Positions 52,468 through 64,000 of a stretch of DNA of 64,000 bases are shown piece by piece (within the stretch, counting starts at the first letter, position 1; each line of letters begins with the position of its first letter). The translations under genes were made by a program, and so were the position numbers. Under the pieces are notes generated by a model. It saw nothing but the letters and a program-made list of their open reading frames with translations, searched no databases and was not told the origin of the DNA. Location of the stretch: contig NC_092394.1 in the NCBI RefSeq assembly GCF_030028105.1, forward strand, positions 25,154,752-25,218,751, given 5' to 3'. This stretch comes from Mobula birostris. Its lineage: Eukaryota.

Positions 52468-52990
52468 CTTGAAGGATATACTGTCTTTGGAGGTGGTGCA
52501 GGGGAGGTTCACCAGGTTGATTCCAGGGATGAGGGGGTTAGACTATGAGGAGGGAGTGAGTTGCCTGGGACTGTACTCACTGGAATTCAGAAGAAGGAAA
52601 GGAGATCTTATAGAAACATATAAAATTATGAAAGGGATAGATAAAATAGAGGCAGGAAAGTTGTTTCCACTAGTACACGAGACTAGAACTAGGGGACATA
52701 GCCTCAAGATTCGGGGGAGTAGATTTAGGATGGAGATAAGGAGGAACTGTTTTTTCCAGAGAGTGGTGAATCTGTAGAATTCTCTGCCCAATGAAGCATT
52801 GGAGGCCACCTCAATAAATATATTTAAGAAAAAGTTGGATCGATTTTTGCATAGTAGGGGAATTAAGGGTTATGGGGCAATGGCAGGTAAGAGGAGATGA
52901 GTCCATGGCCAGATCAACCATGATCTCATTGAATGGCAGAGCAGGCTCGACGGGCCAGATGGCCTATACCTGCTCCTATTTCTTATGTTT
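52468..52990 (+). mobile_element. CR1 LINE 3' fragment
   Basis: LEVVQGRFTRLIPG..LYSLEFRR..GDLIETYKI..TRGH. Confidence 0.92.
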
Positions 52991-53326
52991 CTAAATATCC
53001 TGTAATTTCATATTCACAATTCAAAATGAAAGTCAAAAAACAGCAGACTCTGGAAATCTGAAATAAAATTTTAACTGTATTAATAATGCAAATTCTTAAA
53101 AACAATCAGTACAATTTAATTAGCAGCTTTTAATAACAGTAATAGTTTTAAATAACAATTTAATTTTTCATCTGTTTTGGAGGGAATTTTGCTAACATTT
53201 GTTTCTGAATTGTTGGACCTGTAACCTGACCAAATCGGCTGTATATCTTGCTGTTTATGTCTGTCTTGATGAAGTGTGAGGAAATAGGCATTTCGTACCT
53301 TTTAAATTTTTCCATATTCCCTTCAG

Positions 53327-53428
53327 TTTCTGTAAGGATATCTTTGACAAGAATTACAAAGCTACTATTGGAGTGGATTTTGAGATGGAACGGTTCGAAG
53401 TACTGGGAGTCCCCTTCAGTTTGCAACT
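53327..53428 (+). CDS. RAB34: RAB34 coding exon 4 (switch I)
   Basis: FCKDIFDKNYKATIGVDFEMERFEVLGVPFSLQL; 102 nt; residues are RAB34-like rather than RAB36-like. Confidence 0.96.
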
Positions 53429-54609
53429 GTACGTATGCAGCTGAATGTGTCGATTGCAAATATTAAACCATATCAGCTTTTATTACTAAGAAGTATTTGT
53501 TCTCATCCAGTGCATGTATTTAATAGAATTTGGTCATGTTGTAGCACATTTACACACAACTTGGTGAAATAGGACATTTACAAGGTAGACAAAATTTGAT
53601 ATGGAGTCATGAGAAATAGTGCATTTTGTAAAGAGGGTTGCAGAAAGGTAATACAGTTGTATATATTGATCATTGAAGATGATAAAACAAAGTTGATAAA
53701 CCTGTTTAAAAAAGCATAGAGAATTATTCAATTCATATGTAGAAGCGAAGTACAAAAGCAATGAAGGTAGTAGGCACTGTACTTTGGGAAAGAGGGAAAG
53801 GGTGAAAAGATGATTGGCTTGCATGATACCAATGAATTTAGACTCTTATTATGTGGTAAACCAAGATGGAGTGTCATTTCTGACCTTTAGAAAATTAAGG
53901 GAAGATATAATCAGAATCAGGTTTATTATCACCGGTATGTGACGTGAAATTTGTTAACTTAGCAGCAGCAGTTCAATGCAATACATAATCTAGAAGAGAA
54001 TTTGTTGACATGCCAAATCTCTTCAAACACCTAATGAAGTATATCCACTGTCTTCCCTTCTTTATAACCACATCAATATGTTGGAACCAGGTTAGATCCT
54101 CAGAGATCTTGACACCTAGGAGCTTGAAATTGCTCACCTAACAGTGGTGTTCAAAATTATAAAAGGCTTTGATAAAGCACGGAGATGAAACATGTTCACT
54201 TGCAGGAAACTCTGTAACCAGAGCATTGTAGTAATTGCTTAAGAAGAGACATAGCCACTTAATAGTTTCCATTCCCCATGATCAACAGAATATACCAGAC
54301 AGGCTGTATCTGCTTGGATTTCTCTCTTAGTGCCCTCAGATATAACCCATTTAATGTAGTTAATTCATTTAGTTCTGTTCAGTCTATCATTTCTCAGCTT
54401 CTAATGCCATTCTCACTCTCTACCCTCACCAGCTCTTGCTCCATCCCTTCCCCCCAACATTTTGTGCTGGCTATCTATATTTCAGTTCAGCTGAAAGGAC
54501 TTGGCCTGAAATGCTGCTGTCCATTTGAGCTTCCATACACACTGGCTAACTAGCTGAGTTCCTCCAACTTGTTCTAGGTCCCACCATTTGCAGTCTCTGA
54601 TGGCTCCAA

Positions 54610-54910
54610 TTAATATTCAGTGGTCTTTGATCATTATTTGCAATCCCTGATCAATACTTATTGATCCTAATTGATATTTAGTGACCCCCCCCATCAAGAG
54701 ATAGTAGTCTGTTCATAGGTGCTCACTGACCCATACTCAATGCAATTTGATCTCTGATTGATATTCAGTAACCATAAATAAGTATTCAGTAAACCATGAA
54801 TGCTGCGTATATATCTTTGAACAAAATATGCCGATACCTCATTGATTTTCTATAATATCTGATTAATAACAATTGATGACTGATCAATGAACCATTGATT
54901 TATTGACCCT
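54610..54910. repeat. Degenerate ~20-bp minisatellite (ATTGATATTCAGTGACC-like)
   Basis: Recurring ATATTCAGT / TTGAT / CTGATCAAT units. Confidence 0.55.
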
Positions 54911-56694
54911 TGAGTGGTCTCTAGCTACCAAGCAGGAAACACTTTGCTTTGAAAGCAGGATTGGGTTCAACTTGATTGAATTTTGAGGCAGAATAGGTTG
55001 TTGGCTATCTGTGTAAAATACTCTTGACTAGGGCAGTCCAGCATCTTTGCAACTAACTGCTAGCAAAAGAAGAAGGCAAGAGCACATTCCTGAAAGTTAT
55101 GTGAAGTACAAGGGTAGGTCTGAATTTTAAAGGTGTATTAGAATACTCTATGGCTTTTAATAAGCTATATAGCAAACTTATGAACCAATGCTCCTGTATA
55201 GATTTGGTAAGGCATAATGAAATTTGTAAGATTCTGGCCCTGTTGGGGTGAAAGGTATCAACACCACAGGTGTACTTTTATGAATCGTGGTTTTAGATAG
55301 CCCCTCTCTGAAGAAAGTATACTGGTCTTATAAGGGCCCTGAGAGAAGCCAAAACATAACCCTAATTTTGGAATGAGAGGTCAAACTGTTAAGTGGAAAG
55401 CAGAAGTAAAATAACAATTCTGAGAGGTATTGGAAAACAGAAAAGAAACTTTATTCCAAGAATTATTACAGAAACAGAACCTAACATTCAGAAGTAAATA
55501 TGTTGAAATATACTTCATCCCTCAAAATTGCTCTCAAAAGATGTTGTAACTGAGTATTGCAGCATAGTATTTAACTTAGGTGCAGCAAAGTAAGTCCAGA
55601 TGTGCAGTTCCATTGCTGAATCTGGTTGTGAATGTTTGTGCAGAGGTTTCAGTTTAGACTGAGTTCACTCATTGTCAGAATCACATCCAAACTGCAGCAC
55701 ATCCAGGCAGAGAGGCACAGGCACAAAGGTGAGGAGTGAAGCCTCTGCTGGTATGAAGAACACTGTGGTCTGACCAATAGTAACACTGAATATCATGCCT
55801 CTTTCCCTCACATAAACTGGAATTGAAATTGCTCTATCATGCTCCTTCTTCAATCGATTGTTCTTCCAAGTATTTGTCACAGGAATGACTGGATGACCTT
55901 TTCCTGGGGAAATTATGTATATTTGACATCCTTTGTGAAGCTCTCTTACTCAGTAAGGCCAAGAATAGTGAAGCAGTAACAGTGCTTAGAGAATGGAATA
56001 GGGTAAGTGGAATAGGGCCAGATATATGGCCTGTAGGTTTGCTAAAGGCAGTCTTAGAATCACAGAAATATCAGCCAACACCACCCAATCTCAGAAAGGA
56101 AATTCAGTGGCATGTGAGGCCCTTTTGACAGTGTGCATGTTGCAGAGTGTTAGTTTTGTTCATTGATTTTTGGTTGGCATAGAGGGATTACTAACTTTAT
56201 GCTATATTCTGGTGAATTTCAGTTTTACAAGAACAGATATATGGTCATAATCTAATTAGGAGATGGTGCATGCTTGAAAATTGGAATGGCATCTCCCTTT
56301 TCTGTTTCCCCAGAGGGAATAACAACAGTAGGTTCCTTAACACTGAATAATAAATCCTTTACTTTTCATCACTGAGCTACCGTTGACTTGAAATTTGAGG
56401 TAAAAATAGTAAAAGAAAAGTATAAAAGAAAGCAAATTAAGATAAAGTATGAGCAAGTGGATCATAAACCGAGAGAACAAAGGGTATGGGGGTGGGGTGG
56501 TGAAGCAGGATTTATACACAGTTCCTTGTTGAGGAAGAACCAGATTAATGGTCACATGAACAGACTAAAATGTGAAAATTGCCAGAGCAAATCAAATAGT
56601 TAGTTACAAATAGCAAGATTATGATAAAACAAAGGTAGGTTTGGATGGAGTTATATTGAAATAAGTCTAAACATCTCCATGTATTCTCCAATAG

Positions 56695-56759
56695 ATGGGA
56701 CACAGCAGGTCAGGAGAGATTCAAGTGTATCGCATCAACGTACTACAGAGGTGCCCAAG
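56695..56759 (+). CDS. RAB34: RAB34 coding exon 5 (switch II)
   Basis: [21 protein letters not shown]; 65 nt. Confidence 0.96.
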
Positions 56760-58544
56760 GTACACTTTATTTTCTGTGGTTCTGATATCATGAAATGTAG
56801 TTTTATCAGATTTGGAGAGGAGGTTGACATGTATATCAAACATAGCCTGTGATGCTTGCCTAGTACTGCACAAAGGAGGTGCTGGTTCATTGATTGTGAC
56901 TGCCCTTCTTGTGAGATTTTCAGCTGGTTCATAAAATATCCTCTTGCACTACTTACCGAAGGGAACGGGATTTCCGGAGCATCACAGAAATGTCATTCAT
57001 CTCATTTGCTGTTGGAATGATATATTTGTTGATGTAACATCAGTAGTCATTGGGCTATCAAGTGCTCTATTTTGTCCAATATCTTGAGGTACTCCCAAGC
57101 AACAAGAGTCTGTACAAAGGCAAGTATCTTTACTCGTGACTCATAATCTAAGTTTGTCTTTGTATTCAACCGGGGGCCCGGAGAACCCAGCAGAATTAAC
57201 AATTCCCACAATCCTGAATCTGTGTCTGATGGACGAGAAGTCTCTCACGTCGTCCGTCCTGCATCCTGTTCTCCTGCTAGACCTCTCCACATTCCCCATC
57301 CCAGCCCGGCAAGCTCCAACACAGGTGAAGTGAAGTCCTCCTCAGACATGCAGTTGGTGGTGAAGCAGTGATACTTCCCACTGCTGCAGGAGAAAAGTAT
57401 CCAAGGAATACCTGCTGAGCTCTGAGGCTTGCACTTCCCTTGTCCAATGCCTGCTGCTGGCAGTTCAAAGGGGTTTTTTTGGTGTCCATCCATGATGTGT
57501 AAAGATTAGCTCTATTTGTCACATGTATATCAAAACATACAGTGAAGTGTATGGCTTTGTGCCCAATTCAAATCAGCGAGAATTGAGCTGGGCACCCTGC
57601 AATTATTGCCGCACTTCTGGCACCAACTTAGAAAGCCCACAACTCACCAACCATAACTATTCATGTTTAGAACGCAGGAGGAAATCTGAGCACCTAGAGA
57701 TCACAGGGAGAAGGTTCAAACTCCTTACAGACAGCGACGGGATTTGAGCCCTTGTAGCCGTTGTTGTAATTTCTGTGTTGTGCTGTTCATGCATGGAGCA
57801 ATAACAGCCAACACCCATCCCTTTCGCTAGCACTACAATTAAAAAAAATTGGGGCCAATCAGCTGCAGAAGGTGATTGGAAGGCGTAATGCACATCTGGA
57901 GACTAGGAGGCTGCCTTCCAGCAGATTCTGGTACTGATCATTCAACACATACGTGCGGCTCTTAAGAGATTAAGAAACAGACAGTTTGAAGCAAGCCAGA
58001 TCACAAGAAAAACAACTCCTCAGTGATCTCACAGAAACTGCAACAACCTAAGCCAGGAGATGCTTTCCTTTTGTCGAAGCCTGTGACAATTCTGAGTCTC
58101 CAGTCTCGTGCCAAATAGTCTGAGTCCAGGTTTGACGCCTCAGTAAAATGTGAAGCCGTTCTGCTCATTCAGACGACTGTAAAGTGTGGCATGTTGCTGT
58201 TTTAGGGGGAAAAAGAGATATCTATCCATGGTGTCCTGGGCTTTATTTTTCTCTAGCCTACCTAATCATTAATATGATGTTTTTGGAAGCCTGCCTTACT
58301 GGTTGCAAACCACTTTAAAATATTAAGAGCAAGTCAAGAAATGCACAAAAATAGAACATTCAGCACCATCGTGTGGTGGGGAAATGACTGACAACTATTG
58401 ATAATTTTTCAGTCTCATCTTGGTTCCATGTCATGGGGTGAAGAAAATTAACCAGTGCTGTCTGTGCTACTGAGAGCTGACCACAGAGTGTTCTTCCCAG
58501 TGAAGAGGAGTTGAAGCTCCTTCCTCCAGTGACCTGGGTCCAAA

Positions 58545-58905
58545 CAGAGTCAGAATCAGGTTTTATATCAGCAGTGTACGTCATGGAATTCGTTTCCTTT
58601 GCAGCAACAATACAATGCAATAAATAATAATAGAAAAAAATGTGACATGCTGTAAGTATATATGTTAAATATTGCAAAACTAGAAATAAAAAAAAATAGT
58701 GAGGTAGTGTTCATGTGTTTGATGTCCATTCAAAAATTGAGTGGCAGAGGGGAAGAAGATGTTCCTGAATTGTTGAGTGTGGGCCTTCAGGCTTCTGTAC
58801 CTCCTTCCTGATGGTAGCAATGAGAAGAGGGCATGACCTGGGTAAGGGGGGTCCTTAATGATGGATGCCACCTTTTTGAATTATTGCTTCTTGAAGATGC
58901 CTTGA
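58545..58905 (-). mobile_element. Rex1/Babar LINE 3' end
   Basis: SIIKDPPYPGHALFSLLPSGRRYRSLKAHTQQFRNIFFPSA; (GATTCT)n tail; similar copies at ~18870, 29905-30385, 31195-31495, 47090-47410 and 53910-54140. Confidence 0.85.
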
Positions 58906-60271
58906 CCTCTGTTGCTGTTAGTGTGGAGGTTGCATATTCATACTGTGAATACATGGATCTCCTGGCTGCTTCAATTTCCTCTCACATCCCAAGGACATGT
59001 AGGTTGGTGGGTTAGTTTGTCATAAGTCACCTGTGCCGTGTAGCTGAGTGGTACATTTTGAGGAGTTGTTAATGGATAGGTGGAAAAAGCAAGCTTCTGT
59101 GAGCTGGCATGAACTTGGTGGGGCAAAATGATCTATATATATGCCATAAGGAAGTTTTAATATTATGTGAATAACAAGAAGATAAAGTATTTGCAACCAG
59201 ATGTAATCCTGAAATAAAACAGAAACTGCTGAAGAAACTCAGCAGGTCAGGCAGCATCTTTGGCAGGAACTTGGAGTAACAGATACACCTAGACATTCTG
59301 GGCATTTTCTGTTTAACTTCCCATTTATTTTGGTTTTGTGCTTCTATAATTGCCAAGCTTGGGTTGTGAAATAACCTATGGTAAGAGCATGTGTGTGTTG
59401 TGGCAGTAAAGCAGTGCCCAGTTCACTTATGCATGCATCTAGAATATAAATTCAAGTATCTGATGCAAATTTTAGTTTTGTTTCTATTTTGTAATAGAAC
59501 AGTAATTGCATAACAGTATTGAGGCTTAGGATGATGGAGAAGAAAGACAGGGGTTTGTCTCATTTAGAAACGAGATAGAAGCTTACCATTTGGAGATTTC
59601 GAAAGTAGGATAGATTTTTCCCACATGGGGGTATGGTGTGGTTAAATTTTCAGCAGGCCTTAAACTTAAAAGAAAAGAGAATCGAGTGTGTTTGTGGGCA
59701 AGTTACTGAATCTCTAGACCTCATTTGTGCTCCTATTAAAGACCAAAATCACCTGGAGCATTCCTTTAGCAAGGAGGTAGCTACATGCCTGCCCAGCTGT
59801 TTCTTCATCATTGCAAGAAGTGAGAGTGTTGTTCAGAACATGTCTGTCAGTCATCTTTGGGATGAGCTATTAAATCAGTTCTTGGCTGCTTTCCATTTCG
59901 TGGCTATATGCTGTAGGGAAAGTACCTCTGGTGACCCAGCCAACATGTATCCTTAAGTTAGCCTTTCTTTAAAAGATGAGTCGTATCTGGTCATGGTTAA
60001 TTAATGAGTGGAGTTCGTGTGAGCACATTGAGTACTGTTTTTCTTGCATTACAGCAGTGGCTGCTCTCCATTGACTATAAAGCTCTATGGGGTCTTCTGC
60101 AGGAAATGTGAAAGGTGCAATATAAATGCTAATTATTCTTCTGAGATAATTTTTCTCAGCTGGCTATATCTTTAACATTTAATTTTTTTTGCCTTTCATT
60201 TGAATGCATTTAGCTCACTGTTCCATTTCCTGTTATTTCAAATAAAAATATTACTGCAATCTGTTTTTCAG

Positions 60272-60323
60272 CAATAATCATCGTGTTTGATGTTACTGAC
60301 ATTGCATCTCTGGATCATGTAAA
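60272..60323 (+). CDS. RAB34: RAB34 coding exon 6; gene continues beyond the window
   Basis: AIIIVFDVTDIASLDHVK; 52 nt; GTAAGT donor. Confidence 0.94.
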
Positions 60324-60394
60324 GTAAGTGACAAAGTGAGGCTTTAGCTGCCATTTGAATAGAAACCCTCAAAACCATCCTGTTTCTGGTTTAA

Positions 60395-60700
60395 CAAACA
60401 TAAGAAAATCTGCTGATGCAGGAAATCCTGAGCAACACGCACAAAATACTAGAGGAACTGAGCAGGCCAGGCAGCATCTATAGAAAAGAGTAAACAGTTG
60501 ATCTTCTGGGTTCAGGACCCTTCATCAAGATTGATGAGAGGTCTCAGCCCAAAACGTCGATTGTTTACTCTTTTCCTTAGATGCTGCCTGACCTGCTGAG
60601 TTCCTCCAGCATTTTGTGTGTGTTGCTTGTTTCTGGTATAAGATTATTTTGTGTGTATTGCTCTGGATTTCCAGCATCTGCAGAACTTCTTGTGCTTTTG
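60395..60700. mobile_element. Inverted pair of Penelope termini (fold-back)
   Basis: Left arm is the reverse complement of the right arm, axis at ~60529. Confidence 0.85.
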
Positions 60701-61534
60701 TTTTTGTTACTCTCCACTCAGATGAATTGTTGTATTTATGATAACTGAAACTCCCCAAATTCATTATACTAGTTTGAAATCATCCACTTTTCTACACACT
60801 AAGTATACTGTCCTTCTGAACTTCCTATACTGAAGGCAATGGAATCAAATGTATAAAATGATGTTCAAATCACGGTTAGTAGAACAAATGGGGATAGAGA
60901 TTAAAACAACCTAGTAGGCTGTATTTTGACATAAACAGCTTGGTGCATCTCCTTAGGGAGCAAGGTCAAGACTGATGAAGGTTTAAGACCCCTACATTGC
61001 TCTTTTAATAATGGCTGCACTTTAAAAGTACTTTAATTACAATAAAGTATCTCAGTGAGAGTCTCCAGTCTATGGTTTCAGAGAGGGGCACCAAAACCAG
61101 GGACTGTTTTGTGCCTGGTTTTTGGTACACCCCTCAAAAACCAGGGACAAAAGTGTTAACACAGGGCAAGGGAAGTGAGAAATGAAACATGGCAACTGTA
61201 AACATATTTTAACATGAGTTCATTAATAAGGCAGTGTGTACCAGGCAACTAAGACCCCTCCTTTCCTCAACTATGTCTTACAGGTCGCAGCTGCATATAG
61301 TTGGGTCTCTCGGGGTAGGCTGTGCACTGATAATACTCCAAATGTACTGGAAAGAGAGCAGAGCATCCATGAGGGATGTGGTTGGATTGAGTACTTAACA
61401 TAAGCCAAGTTGTTGCTGTATAAGCTTCATGATTTTTTGCAATTGCTGTTGTCGATGAGACAAAAAAGTCACAGTTGAGTTTATTGTCATGTGCACAAGC
61501 CCATTTATGCTTAGGTACAATGGAAAACTGACTT

Positions 61535-64000
61535 GCAACAACACACATAAAAATTGCTGGTGAACGCAGCAGGCCAGGCAGCATCTCTAGGAAGAGGTGC
61601 AGTCGACGTTTCAGGCCGAGACCCGAGTTCAGGCCGAGTTTGTCAGGACTAACTGAAGGAAAAGTGACTAAGGGATTTGAAAGTTGGAGGGGGAGGGGGA
61701 GATCCAAAATGATAAGAGAAGACAGGAGAGGGAGGGATGGAGCCAAGAGCTGGACAGGTGATAGGCAAAAGAGATACGAGAGGATCATGGGACAGGAGGT
61801 CCGGGAAGAAAGACAAGGGGGGGGGGGGACCCAGAGGATGGACAAGGGGTATATTCAGAGGGACAGAGGGAGAAAAAGGAGAGTGAGAGAAAGAATGTGT
61901 GTATAAAAATAAGTAACAGATGAGGTACGAGGGGGAGGTGGGGCATTAACGGAAGTTAGAGAAGTCGATGTTCATGCCATCAGGCTGGAGGCTACCCAGA
62001 CGGAATATAAGGTGTTGTTCCTCCAACCTGAGTGTGGCTTCATCTTTACAGTAGAGGAGGCTGTGGATAGACATGTCAGAATGGGAATGGGATGTGGAAT
62101 TAAAATGTGTGGCCACTGGGAGATCCTGCTTTCTCTGGCGGACAGAGCGTAGGTCTTCAGCAAAGCGGTCTCCCAGTCTGCGTCGGGTCTCGCCAATATA
62201 TAAAAGCCCATATCGGGAGCACCGGACGCAGTATATCACCCCAGTCGACTCACAGGTGAAGTGTTGCCTCACCTGGAAGAACTGTTTGGGGCCCTGAATG
62301 GTGGTAAGGGAGGAAGTGTAAGGGCATGTGTAGCACTTGTTCCGCTTACACGGATAAGTGCCAGGAGGGAGATCAGTGGGGAGGGATGGGGGGGACGAAT
62401 GGACAAGGGAGTCGCGTAGGGAGTGATCCCTGTGGAATGCAGAGAGAGGTGGGGAGGGAAAGATGTGCTTAGTTGTGGGATCCCGTTGGAGGTGGCGGAA
62501 GTTACGGAGAATAATATGTTGGACCCGGAGGCTGGTGGGGTGGTAGGTGAGGACCAGGGGAACCCTATTCCTAGTGGGGTGGCGGGAGGATGGAGTGAGA
62601 GCAGATGTACGTGAAATGGGGGAGGTGCGTTTAAGAGCAGAGTTGATAGTGGAGGAAGGGAAGCCCCTTTCTTTAAAAAAGGAAGACATCTCCCTCGTCC
62701 TAGAATGAAAAGCCTCATCCTGAGAGCAGATGCGGCGGAGACGGAGGAATTGCAAGAAGGGGATGGCGTTTTTGCAAGAGACAGGGTGAGAAGAAGAATA
62801 GTCCAGATAGCTGTGAGAGTCAGTAGGTTTATAGTAGACATCAGTGGATAAGCTGTCTCCAGAGACAGAGACAGAAAGATCTAGAAAGGGGAGGGAGGTG
62901 TCGGAAATGGATCAGGTAAACTTGAGGACAGGGTGAAAGTTGGAGGCAAAGTTAATAAAGTCAACGAGCTCTGCATGCGTGCAGGAAGCAGCGCCAATGT
63001 AGTCGTCGATGTAGCGAAGGAAAAGTTGGGGACAGATACCAGAATAGGCACGGAACGTAGATTGTTCCACAAAGCCAACAAAAAGGCAGGCATAGCTAGG
63101 ACCCATACGGGTGCCCATAGCTACACCTTTAGTTTGGAGGAAGTGGGAGGAGCCAAAGGAGAAATTATTAAGAGTAAGGACTAATTCCGCTAGACGGAGC
63201 AGAGTGGTGGTAGAGGGGAACTGATTAGGTCGGGAATCCAAAAAGAAGCGTAGAGCTTTGAGACCTTTCTGATGGGGGATGGAAGTATATAGGGACTGGA
63301 CATCCATGGTGAAAATAAAGCGGTGGGGGCCAGGGAACTTAAAATCATCAAAAAGTTCAAGAGCGTGAGAAGTGTCACGAACATAGGTAGGAAGGGATTG
63401 AACAAGGGGGGATAAAACCGTGTCGAGGTATGCGGAAACGAGTTCGGTGGGGCAGGAGCAAGCTGAGACAATAGGTCGGCCAGGACAGGCAGGTTTGTGG
63501 ATCTTGGGTAGGAGGTAGAAACGGGAAGTGCGAGGTGTGTAAACTATAAGCTTGGTAGCAGTGGATGGGAGATCCCCTGAGCGGATAAAGTCGGTGATGG
63601 TGTGGGAAACAATGGCCTGGTGCTCCTAAGTGGGGTCACGATCGAGGGGTAAATAAGAGGAGGTATCCGTGAGTTATCGCTGTGCCTCGGCAAGGTAGAG
63701 GTCAGTACGCCAGACTACAACAGCACCCCCCTTATCAGCGGGTTTAATAATAAGGTTGGGATTAGTGCGGAGGGAGTGGAGAGCAGAGCGTTCCGAAGGA
63801 GTGAGGTTGGAATGGGGACAAGGTGCGGTGAAGTCGAGACGGTTGATGTCCCGTCGGCAGTTAGCGATAAAGAGATCCAGAGCAGGCAGAAGACCAGAGC
63901 GGGGTGTCCATGAAGAAGAGGAGGGTTGAAGATGGGAGAAGGGGTCATCGGTGGGGGTGGAAGAGTCCTTGCCGAAGAAGTAGGCTCGGAGACAGAGACG
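61535..64000 (-). mobile_element. Penelope-like retroelement (RT + GIY-YIG endonuclease), young, runs off the window end
   Basis: One reading frame ending at 61946 with FYLLPKIHK..GRPIVS, MDVQSLYTSIP, GVAMG, RYIDD and VIYCVRC..YIGET motifs; in-frame stops at 62912, 63626 and 63674; pseudo-LTR with hammerhead-like motif at 61601-61650. Confidence 0.95.

Noticed and set aside
24318-60323. RAB36 instead of RAB34
   Set aside because: PVRRDR, GDLSVGKTCLINR, FEMERFEVLG and [10 protein letters not shown] match RAB34, and RPL23A linkage agrees
61267-61845. 192-aa ORF
   Set aside because: Spans the Penelope UTR, a Rex1-like tail and unique DNA, so it is a chance chimaera

Overview
Vertebrate nuclear genomic DNA. 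The repeat landscape (CR1, Rex1/Babar, Penelope, V-SINE, DeuSINE) suggests a cartilaginous fish, probably a ray; this is inference. Two genes are arranged head-to-head, as in human 17q11.2. RPL23A is complete on the minus strand (5 coding exons, 13597->5513, 155 aa, 5'TOP start) and hosts three intronic C/D snoRNAs (2x SNORD4-like, 1x SNORD42-like). RAB34 is on the plus strand (first 6 coding exons, 24318->60323, continuing past the window) and has a 22.7 kb intron. A CpG-rich promoter and probable first coding exon of an unidentified minus-strand gene lie at ~2760-2930. Most of the rest is transposon debris, including a young Penelope element (RT + GIY-YIG). The best second-look items are: (1) many Penelope termini carrying minimal hammerhead-ribozyme motifs, one pair arranged as a fold-back; (2) an RTE insertion with a twin-priming 5' inversion; (3) a candidate alternative or poison terminal exon plus a 3-way RNA junction in RPL23A intron 4; (4) a locally templated inverted insertion. 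No wholly new gene system could be supported. Exon, snoRNA and TSD coordinates were counted by hand; repeat boundaries are approximate.
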